The notes under the pieces are model-generated. The model did no database searches. It was not told where the DNA came from and worked only from the letters and a program-made list of their open reading frames with translations. DNA of 31,453 bases from Chthonomonadales bacterium (GTDB lineage Bacteria; Armatimonadota; Chthonomonadetes; Chthonomonadales; Chthonomonadaceae). The stretch covers positions 1-31,453 of the forward strand of contig JBBQPO010000032.1 of the NCBI GenBank assembly GCA_038217285.1, read 5' to 3'. Shown piece by piece: positions 7,653 through 15,553 of the stretch. The translations under genes were made by a program, and so were the position numbers. Positions within the stretch are counted from its first letter, which is position 1, and each line of letters opens with the position of its first letter.

Positions 7653-10600
7653 TTAGGCGTGGAGGCGAATCCACATGCCCACGGAGGGTATCCGGTTGTG
7701 GTCTACAATAAACAGCAGGTGGAATCCGGGCGGTGTGACTGTCCCGTCAGGCGGGGCTTGGACTTGAAGCACGCCAGCGGTCTGGCTGACGATAGTGCAG
7801 TACACAAGCCGCTGCGCCATGTTAAAGCCATGGGTTGTGGCGCCTGGGTGGAGAAGGACCACTTCCGCGATCAAGGCCGCGTTCGGTGTCTGCACGGAGA
7901 ACTGCGCACCGAATAGGACGGAGGCGTCCGCTGTTGAAATGGATGGCCTTGGCTGCTCGAAGTAGGAGGGGAAGTAGCGGTCATGCGGTGTTATGATCGG
8001 TGGGTCCGTGCGGACGTCGGGTGGATCACCGCCCATCAGGATACTGCCATCGGGCAATAAGATGGCGGACGAGTGGTACAGGCGATAGTGCGGCATGACA
8101 GCGCCGACTACCCAGCCATCCTCGGGCTTCATGGGATCGAAGATCTCGACCGGCCCCGGTCCACTTGGTCCGGGCATGCCTCCGGCGATCAGGACGCGCC
8201 CATCAGGCAGAAGTACCGAATTTACCTGCAGGACCCGCCGGCCGTTCAGTTCTTTGGTATAGGTCCACGCTGGGGTGGGAACCGATAGGTCGATAATCTC
8301 GGCTGTTTTCTCCGGATGGTTGTGGTTTCCAGGGTCTCCACCGGCGATCAGAACGCGCGGCTCATAGTTCGGCGGCCGCAGTGGCAGTAACACCGATGTG
8401 CCCATCTGCTGGTCATTGGGGCTGCGGTCGCCCGCATTGGTGTTCCATGTTTTGCCTGGGGCATCGACAGGTGCGGCCCGATCAAAGCGACGCGTGACTC
8501 CTTGGTGACCTGCAATGAATAGATCGCCGCCAGGCAACACATAGGTCCATGGGTAGTACCGATAGTCGAATGCGGGAAACGCAGGGTACGGCGCGCCGCG
8601 CGCCCATGTGCCGGCGTTAGGATCATAGATCTCCATGGAGTGAGCGAGAGTACGCGGAGGCTTGTTCGGTTCATGACCGCCTTCCTGATGCGATCCGAAG
8701 AGCGTCAACACGGTACCGTCTGGAAGCGTCAACGTCGTCGAGTAGTATCTGCCCTCGATGGTCGGGGACGTTCGTGACCAGGCGAGCGTCCCCGGGTTGA
8801 ATCGAAAGACCTGCGTCGAGGTGTTCCCGCCATGGATAAGAAGTTCCGCATCCGGCGTGTCCATATACGCATGTTGGGAAGAGTGTAGGTCCCAATTAGC
8901 GGGCGGCGGTGGGTCACCGGGTGCCGCCGGATCCGGTAGGGCGACATCAATGGGTTGGTTCGTCGGCGGCACGTACAAGCCTGAAGCGTAGTCCCACAGT
9001 TGGCTTATTCTGCCATTGATGGTTCCGTCAGTGTCGACTGCATAACCGTAAAACAGGACCTTGGTTGTGTTTGGCAGCAACATCGAATGCATCATTGTCT
9101 TCCCAGGATCGCCGGGAACCGTTTCCCAGCGGCCCAGAGTGAGACGGTCCATGCGATTAGCCGCCATGAAATTTGCCGAACCGATAGCCGGTGCTAATGC
9201 TTGAGCAGGGTTCGCCTCTCTGGGAACGCCTGGGCCTGGCGCGCCTTTCGGTACCAACGCGTCGATATCGACCCCAATTTGTTGCTTCTGAGTGTCCGTA
9301 AGCCAGAGCGTCTGATGGGACCGGACGAGACCGGCAAGTCCGGCCATCATGTGCATCTCCACATGACAGTGAAAGAGGAAGTTGCCGACGATTTCATAGG
9401 CATTTGCTCCCTCCGGCCTGTTGGCCTCGTCCTGCGTCGCCTCGATCTCCGGCGGCAAAAGCAGTACAGGCGGGGCTTCCGTCTCGATGACGAATGACTC
9501 CGCTGGCCCGATGCTGAGCACGTCTACGACCTTGTTGCCGACATTCCAGCGCTGACCGTGCGTATGAAAGTTGTGCCACCCCGTGCCAAGATCAAGGTTA
9601 AAGACATACCACCGAATTCTCTGACCTGGGACGGCACGGATGATCGGAGTGTTGCCCGCGAATGTGCGCCCGTTGAGACAGTAGGACTGGATCTGCAACT
9701 TGTTCCCGTTCTCGGTCACTGTGTGCGCCATTGTAGCGGGAAACCAGGTGACCGTTCCGCCGGGTCGTACGGTGACCGTAGGCGGATCAAAGCCCATCTG
9801 GTCACCCTCGTTTATCCGCACACTGACACCAGCATCGCCGTCTGCTTGCACAATGACCGTCCCCTTCATCTCGGGATGAATCGTGCAGTGGTAACCATAG
9901 GTTGCTTCTAATTGGAAAACGAACGTATAGGGAGCCGTTCCAGGCTCCAGCCGATGGTTAAACAGTGGCTTCGCAGAAAGACTGGCGATTTTCATGTCGG
10001 GGCCGGAGGCGTTTGACATCGCCATATCCATAGGTGGCATAGAGGAGGCGGCTAGCGGGTTCAGCAGATGCAGGAAGATCGGGACATGGAGCACGCGTGA
10101 ATCGCGAGATTCCGGATGCACATAGGTCAGTCCGGCCCATTCGGAGAGGAAACTTTTCAGCGTTTTTACATCTTCATTGGGAACCGGCACGGCGCTGGTC
10201 TGGGAATGATCGGTGGTAGCCTGCGCGATTGCCGGCAGTTTCAGGTCCGGGATCGTATCGCGGTCCTCCTCCGGCACCACGATAATGGCGCCAAACAGGC
10301 CGCGGGTTATGGTCGAGCCGATGCTCTGGGCGTGGTCATGAAACGGCCAGGCTCCGATCATATCCTCGGTAACATCAAACGTATACGTCCAACTCTGTCC
10401 CTGACGTATCTCGTCCGAGCGCAGGAGTCCTCCGACGCTCTGAACTCCCAAGGGCCATGATCCGTCCGAATCGATACCGTAACGTAGGCCATGGACGTGA
10501 AAGCTGTGTGGTGCCTGATCGGCGTTGAAAACATGGATCTTCAGCCGCTCTCCTGGGAATGTATAGACGACCATACCCGGCACCCGGTGATCGAATACCG

Positions 10601-10853
10601 GCTCCGTGATGTCGGCCAATACCAACTTGTCGGGCTTGGGTACAGCATATTGGGGGTCCAAATACTCACGGTACACAAGGGCACTCAGTCGGCGCGCCTC
10701 GACCTCGATATCGGGTATCGTGCCGTCCTCATGTCCCGAGTTACGCATCATGTCACGTCGGTACCCCTTCATAGGGCCACTTTTGGGTTCAGGATCAACG
10801 GGGCTGTAGTATGGGATCTCCTCGATCCGAACGTAGATATTGCGCTCTGCCAT
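7653..10853 (-). CDS. Multidomain copper protein: two-domain multicopper oxidase (small-laccase type) + inserted cupredoxin + galactose/glyoxal-oxidase-like Kelch propeller with C-terminal DUF1929-like domain
   Basis: MCO motifs HSFHVHG, WPFHDH, HNFHTHG, HCHVEMHMMAGL; cupredoxin motifs YHCTIHPEM and FDPPTVTVRPGGTVTW..HTV; AA5-type motifs RYYSTTLTLPDG, YYPWTYVLP, RLYHSSAILLPDG, ATTHGFNMAQR. Start set at ATG 10853 after GAAAGGA; the ORF is open to 10949. Confidence 0.9.
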   Translation of the reverse strand: MAERNIYVRIEEIPYYSPVDPEPKSGPMKGYRRDMMRNSGHEDGTIPDIEVEARRLSALVYREYLDPQYAVPKPDKLVLADITEPVFDHRVPGMVVYTFPGERLKIHVFNADQAPHSFHVHGLRYGIDSDGSWPLGVQSVGGLLRSDEIRQGQSWTYTFDVTEDMIGAWPFHDHAQSIGSTITRGLFGAIIVVPEEDRDTIPDLKLPAIAQATTDHSQTSAVPVPNEDVKTLKSFLSEWAGLTYVHPESRDSRVLHVPIFLHLLNPLAASSMPPMDMAMSNASGPDMKIASLSAKPLFNHRLEPGTAPYTFVFQLEATYGYHCTIHPEMKGTVIVQADGDAGVSVRINEGDQMGFDPPTVTVRPGGTVTWFPATMAHTVTENGNKLQIQSYCLNGRTFAGNTPIIRAVPGQRIRWYVFNLDLGTGWHNFHTHGQRWNVGNKVVDVLSIGPAESFVIETEAPPVLLLPPEIEATQDEANRPEGANAYEIVGNFLFHCHVEMHMMAGLAGLVRSHQTLWLTDTQKQQIGVDIDALVPKGAPGPGVPREANPAQALAPAIGSANFMAANRMDRLTLGRWETVPGDPGKTMMHSMLLPNTTKVLFYGYAVDTDGTINGRISQLWDYASGLYVPPTNQPIDVALPDPAAPGDPPPPANWDLHSSQHAYMDTPDAELLIHGGNTSTQVFRFNPGTLAWSRTSPTIEGRYYSTTLTLPDGTVLTLFGSHQEGGHEPNKPPRTLAHSMEIYDPNAGTWARGAPYPAFPAFDYRYYPWTYVLPGGDLFIAGHQGVTRRFDRAAPVDAPGKTWNTNAGDRSPNDQQMGTSVLLPLRPPNYEPRVLIAGGDPGNHNHPEKTAEIIDLSVPTPAWTYTKELNGRRVLQVNSVLLPDGRVLIAGGMPGPSGPGPVEIFDPMKPEDGWVVGAVMPHYRLYHSSAILLPDGSILMGGDPPDVRTDPPIITPHDRYFPSYFEQPRPSISTADASVLFGAQFSVQTPNAALIAEVVLLHPGATTHGFNMAQRLVYCTIVSQTAGVLQVQAPPDGTVTPPGFHLLFIVDHNRIPSVGMWIRLHA

Positions 10854-11176
10854 TAGGTGTGCATTCCTTTCGATCTCGTAACGGTTCCCCCGGTAAAGCC
10901 TGGGGGCTTTGACGTTCCAATGCTTACAGCGCAGGCTGCAATCGGACATCTATAGGGCGCGTTACAATTTCGCCCTGTGCTTCCAGTCCTTTGTTTCGCC
11001 ACCGAGGCCATCAGGTTGGCTTGGAAATGTATATTGCTTTCTAATGCTAATGCAATTCGACATCAATCGGCAAGTTCCTGCATGTTTTTTTAGTGGTTTC
11101 TTTTTAAACTTCCGGAACTACAAGCACCGCCTCTGTGTCCTACCGAAGCACCATGCACTGAAACACAAGCGACCAC

Positions 11177-11206
11177 TTGACAAACATCTACAACTTATGA
11201 TATAGT
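11177..11206 (+). promoter_or_regulatory. Sigma70-type promoter upstream of the enediyne cassette
   Basis: TTGACA (11177-11182), an 18-bp spacer, and TATAGT (11201-11206) with an extended -10 TG, in an AT-rich intergenic region. Confidence 0.65.
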
Positions 11207-11634
11207 TTTAAGTGCTCGGTCGCACTGACATCATTACATAGTTTCGTTACTTTTGAGCGACGTCAAGGAAGACTCACCGTTCTCACAAGACCTCCTGTTC
11301 TTCCTCAACATCGTTTCGAACCACACGAATCCTTCCAGACACGCTCTGTGGGCGAGGGGAAATTCTTCGCAGATTTGGGTACACCGGCATGTGTGTACCA
11401 TGTGCGCGGAAAACCCCCGGTCGTTCTCTGAGAGCGATTATGAAGAAGCCTCCCGCTACAGATGCGTTTCTCAGGCGACCGCAAAAACAAAAAACAGGAC
11501 AGACGAAAGTCTAAACGCCAATTTATCGATACCAATTGGTTGGCCGCGATTCTGGTATCCGACGATTTCACTTGAACGGCTTGCTGCCCGGCGGCACGTT
11601 TTACATGTCCCGGACAGGAAGGGGCGAGCGCACC

Positions 11635-12624
11635 TTGGTAAATTGGAAACGCAAGTTACTGAAGATTGCCCCGGAAGAAGTCACCTTTGAACGACGAGGC
11701 TTTTCGTGTTCCAGCCGCGACACACGCGATCACCTGGAGAGTATCGGCCGAACGTTCGTCGCAGGATACCATGCTGCGCTCGAAGAGGACGACTTGACGG
11801 CTCTGTCCAGTTCCTTGAACGCTGTACCCCGGGAATACCGGGGTTTCGCTTTCGAGGGAGCCGCCATGGGTCTCACTCTCCTGGACTGCCTGATGCCCTG
11901 GGGCCGCCGCCGCCTGGACGCTTTCCTGGCTGGGCCTGGGGCCGATCATACCTATATGGTGTACGTGGGAGCGGGTTGGGCGCTCGCCCGGTTGAAGCGC
12001 CGGGTGGACGGACCGCTCACGCGCTGGGATCCCTTACTGCGCTGGCTGGCGATCGACGGCTACGGATTTCACGAGGGATATTTCCACCCGAAACCGGTTA
12101 TCGCGCATCAGGAACGACCGGGACGATGGACCGGTTATGCGCTGCGCGTCTTCGATCAAGGCCTGGGCCGGAGTCTATGGTTCGTCAACGGCGGCGATGC
12201 CGACCGCATTCGGACGACAGTGGCCGCTTTTGACCCGGACCGGCATGCGGATCTCTGGAGCGGTGTCGGACTTGCGTGCGCCTACGCCGGCGGAGTAGAC
12301 CGTTCTTCCGTGGAGGCCGTCCGGTGCGCTGCCGGTCCCTTTCTCCCCAGCCTGGCGCAGGGGGCTGCCTTCGGGGCGAAAGCCCGCCAACAGGCCGATA
12401 ATCCCGCTGACCATACGGAGGTTGCGTGTGCCGTCTTCTGTGGCCTGAGCGCTGCGGACGCGGCGCGCGTCACCGATGCAGCCTTGATAGATCTGGCGCC
12501 CGAGGGCGCGAAACCAGCATACGACGTCTGGCGAAAACGAATTCAGAGCCGATTCACGGAGGACGAGGCCGCGACATGCTACACACCCTGTTCCGAAAAT
12601 ACTGCGTACGGTTCATCGCGATAG
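11635..12624 (+). CDS. unbL: Enediyne biosynthesis protein UnbL / E3 (DUF1702)
   Basis: Motifs TFERRGF, RGFAFEGAAMGL, YMVYVGAGWA, WLAIDGYGFHEGYF, FDQGLGRSLWFV, DLWSGVGLACAYAGG, LAQGAAF; first gene of the cassette. TTG 11635 follows AGGAAGGGG; alternative ATG at 11605. Confidence 0.92.
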   Translation: MVNWKRKLLKIAPEEVTFERRGFSCSSRDTRDHLESIGRTFVAGYHAALEEDDLTALSSSLNAVPREYRGFAFEGAAMGLTLLDCLMPWGRRRLDAFLAGPGADHTYMVYVGAGWALARLKRRVDGPLTRWDPLLRWLAIDGYGFHEGYFHPKPVIAHQERPGRWTGYALRVFDQGLGRSLWFVNGGDADRIRTTVAAFDPDRHADLWSGVGLACAYAGGVDRSSVEAVRCAAGPFLPSLAQGAAFGAKARQQADNPADHTEVACAVFCGLSAADAARVTDAALIDLAPEGAKPAYDVWRKRIQSRFTEDEAATCYTPCSENTAYGSSR

Positions 12625-14555
12625 TGCCGATCATCGTGCTCTATCGGCTCTCGCAACTGCCTGCTGCTACGGGCGAGGAACGCAACGCCATGGCGGCCCG
12701 GTTTCACTTCGCGACCAGCCCCCTGCCTACCCTTCCCGGCCGTGTGCAGAAGTCTATCCGGAACGTAAATCCCAGCCTGAACCACATTTCGGGCTGGATC
12801 TCGTCGGTCGGCGCGTCGGTCGCGTTAAGCGATCTGGATGGCGATGGACTTCCCAATGATGTCTGTTATGTGGATCCCCGTACCGATGAGGTGATCGTGG
12901 CTCCCGTGCCTGGGACGCCCGCACGCTACAAGCCCTTTGCGTTGACCCCGGAGCCGCTGCCCTACGACCGGAAAACAATGGCGCCGATGGGGTGTGTGCC
13001 GGGTGATTTCAATGAAGATGGTTTGACCGACATTCTGGTCTACTACTGGGGCCGCCCTCCGATCCTGTTTCTCCGCCGCAGTATCCCGTCGGGGCATGGT
13101 CCTGTGCCGTTGACACGCCCGGAATATGTCCCGCAGGAGCTCGTCACGAACGGCGAGCGCTGGTACACCAATGCGGTCACACAGGCCGATCTCGACAGCG
13201 ACGGCCATATCGACCTCGTCGTGGGGAACTACTTCCCGGATGGCGCGCGCATTCTCGACGCCTCTGCCACAAACCCAGAAACGGTGCAGGACACCATGTC
13301 GCGCGCGTTCAACGGGGGCGGCAAGCACTTTCTGCTCTGGCAGGGCGGTACGGCCGGGGCCTCGCCGACAGCGCATTTCAAGGAAGTCGATTCGGGGCTT
13401 GACGACGAGACGCTGCATGGGTGGACTCTGGCCCTCGCGGCGGGGGATCTCGACGGCGACCTGCTGCCGGAGCTCTATCTGGCCAACGACTTCGGCCCGG
13501 ACCGTCTGCTGCACAACCGTTCGACGCCGGGACACCTCCATTTCGTTTCGCTCAAAGGCCGCAAGAGGTTCACCACTCCCAACTCGAAAGTGGTGGGGAA
13601 CGACTCCTTCAAAGGGATGGGCGTTGACTTTGGCGACCTGAATGGAGAGGGTCAATATGACATCATGGTCAGCAACATCGCCGCAAACTACGCGCTGGAG
13701 GAGAGCAACTTCCTGTTTATGCATACCGGCGAGACGGCGCTGATGAAACAGGGCGTCGCACCCTACGAAGACCGCAGTGAAGCGCTCGGCCTCTCGCGCG
13801 GGGGCTGGACCTGGGACGCCAAGTTTGCCGATTTCGATAACAGCGGCGCGCTCGATGTGATCCAGGCGGCAGGCTTTGTGCAGGGAACGATCAACCGATG
13901 GCCGGAACTACACGAACTGGCGATGGGCAACGACGATCTTCTCCGACGCTCCTCCTCATGGCCGCGCGTCCAACAGGGCGATGACCTGTGTGGGCACCAG
14001 CACAATCCCTTCTTCGTCCGCGCGGCGGATGGGCGCTACTACGACATCAGCCACGAGATAGGGATGGACGAGACCCATGTCACGCGGGGAATCGCCATCG
14101 CCGACGTGGATGGGGATGGTCGCCTGGACTTCGCCATCGCAAACCAGTGGGAAACATCGGTCTTTTATCATAATGAAAGTCCCAATCCCGGCGCGTTCCT
14201 GTGCCTGCATCTTCTGCTGCCGGTCCACGGGGAGCCGCCGTCGGAATTTAGCGTTCAACCGGGCCATCCGACGCCGGACCATCCCGGTCGCCCCGCGATT
14301 GGGGCGACCGTCACGGTGAGCCTGCCGGGCGGCAGGCGTGCCATGGCCCAGGTCGATGGCGGAAACGGCCATTCCGGACGACGCAGCCCGGAACTCCATT
14401 TCGGATTAGGACGCCTCGCTGCCGAGGCGCGCCTTAATGTCGCTCTCCGATGGCGCGACACGACGGGACAGGTTCACTCCAAAACAGTCGAACTCTCCCC
14501 CGGATGTCATACCCTCTTGCTCGGATCCGCGACCGGGAAGGGGACACGTCTTTGA
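12576..14555 (+). CDS. unbV: Enediyne biosynthesis protein UnbV / E4 (FG-GAP repeats + ASPIC/UnbV domain)
   Basis: N-terminal hydrophobic anchor; WISSVGASVAL; multiple D-DGDG--D repeats; DSFKGMGVD; RWPELHELAMGND; C-terminal QVDGGNGHSGRRSPELHFGLG. ATG 12576 follows GGAGGACGAGG. Confidence 0.93.
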   Translation: MLHTLFRKYCVRFIAIVPIIVLYRLSQLPAATGEERNAMAARFHFATSPLPTLPGRVQKSIRNVNPSLNHISGWISSVGASVALSDLDGDGLPNDVCYVDPRTDEVIVAPVPGTPARYKPFALTPEPLPYDRKTMAPMGCVPGDFNEDGLTDILVYYWGRPPILFLRRSIPSGHGPVPLTRPEYVPQELVTNGERWYTNAVTQADLDSDGHIDLVVGNYFPDGARILDASATNPETVQDTMSRAFNGGGKHFLLWQGGTAGASPTAHFKEVDSGLDDETLHGWTLALAAGDLDGDLLPELYLANDFGPDRLLHNRSTPGHLHFVSLKGRKRFTTPNSKVVGNDSFKGMGVDFGDLNGEGQYDIMVSNIAANYALEESNFLFMHTGETALMKQGVAPYEDRSEALGLSRGGWTWDAKFADFDNSGALDVIQAAGFVQGTINRWPELHELAMGNDDLLRRSSSWPRVQQGDDLCGHQHNPFFVRAADGRYYDISHEIGMDETHVTRGIAIADVDGDGRLDFAIANQWETSVFYHNESPNPGAFLCLHLLLPVHGEPPSEFSVQPGHPTPDHPGRPAIGATVTVSLPGGRRAMAQVDGGNGHSGRRSPELHFGLGRLAAEARLNVALRWRDTTGQVHSKTVELSPGCHTLLLGSATGKGTRL

Positions 14556-15553
14556 CACAGAGCAAACTCCCTGCAAAACCATTTCTGCCGGCGCTTCGGC
14601 GGTTTGCGTTCGCCATCACGGTTCTCAATATCCTGGGCCACACGGTGCTGGGTTTTGAACAGTCCTGGGCGACGCCTGTCGTGGCGCTTCTCACCGCCTA
14701 CAGTATGGAGTTCCTGCTGGAATGGGTAGACTCCCTCGTCAACCACCGGCGACCACGATTCATCGGAAACTTCCGGCACGTTGTCGACTTCCTGCTCTCC
14801 GCCCACATCACCGGGCTGGCGTGCGGAATGCTTCTCTATGCCAATGATCGGCTGTGGCCCACCAGTTTTGCGGTCGCTGTCGCCATCGGCTCAAAAGTGA
14901 TCCTCCGGGTTCCTATCGGCAAAGCCACCCGGCATGTGTTCAACCCCTCCAACTTCGGTATCACCGCGACGCTCCTGCTTTTTCCGTGGATCGGTATCGC
15001 GCAGCCCTATATGTTCACCGAGAACCTGCATGGCATCGGCAAGTGGATTCTGCCGGGAGTGATCGTGCTGAGCGGCTCGTTTCTGAACCTTCGTATGACG
15101 CGCCGCGGCCCTCTGATCGCTACGTGGCTCGCCTGCTTTGCCCTCCAGGGCTTACTTCGCAGCTTATCCTTCGGCACACCGATAGAGGCGCCGTTCCTTC
15201 CCATGACCGGAATGGCCTATCTCCTGTACACATTTTATATGGTAACGGACCCTGCCACCACCCCGGACAACCCGAAGGGCCAGATCGTCTTCGGAGCTTC
15301 CGTCGCCGCGACCTATGGACTGCTGCTGGTGAATCACATCGTCTTCGGCCTGTTCTTTTCCCTGACGATTGTCTGTACGCTGCGTGGTCTGATGCTCTGG
15401 GCAAGATCTCTCTCGCTTGCCGCTCATCCGACAAATCTCTCCACGGAACCAGTTTTCGCTGCGGTAGCAACTTCCTTCCCGGAACCGGTTCGCGCTGTGG
15501 TAGCGGGTGAACGAGACCGCTCCACGGAGATCGTGAGGACGACGGGACCATGA
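14552..15553 (+). CDS. unbU: Enediyne biosynthesis membrane protein UnbU / E5 (RnfD/NqrB-like)
   Basis: Motifs ALRRFAFAITVLNILGHTVLGFEQ, AHITGLA, RHVFNPSNFGI, YTFYMVTDPATTP; many TM helices. The TTG start overlaps the unbV stop (TTGA). Confidence 0.92.
   Translation: MTQSKLPAKPFLPALRRFAFAITVLNILGHTVLGFEQSWATPVVALLTAYSMEFLLEWVDSLVNHRRPRFIGNFRHVVDFLLSAHITGLACGMLLYANDRLWPTSFAVAVAIGSKVILRVPIGKATRHVFNPSNFGITATLLLFPWIGIAQPYMFTENLHGIGKWILPGVIVLSGSFLNLRMTRRGPLIATWLACFALQGLLRSLSFGTPIEAPFLPMTGMAYLLYTFYMVTDPATTPDNPKGQIVFGASVAATYGLLLVNHIVFGLFFSLTIVCTLRGLMLWARSLSLAAHPTNLSTEPVFAAVATSFPEPVRAVVAGERDRSTEIVRTTGP

Noticed and set aside
11470-11530. Possible c-di-GMP-I riboswitch around AGAC-GAAA-GTCT
   Set aside because: Only a GNRA hairpin matches; the conserved GGCAAA and GACGCAAA context and second stem are missing.
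11253-11690. 145-aa ORF (and the opposite-strand 88-aa ORF) upstream of unbL
   Set aside because: TTG start without a clear RBS, no recognisable motif, and out-of-frame overlap with unbL; treated as leader or intergenic sequence.
14552-15553. RnfD/NqrB respiratory subunit
   Set aside because: The similarity reflects the UnbU family; no other rnf or nqr genes are present and the context is the enediyne cassette.
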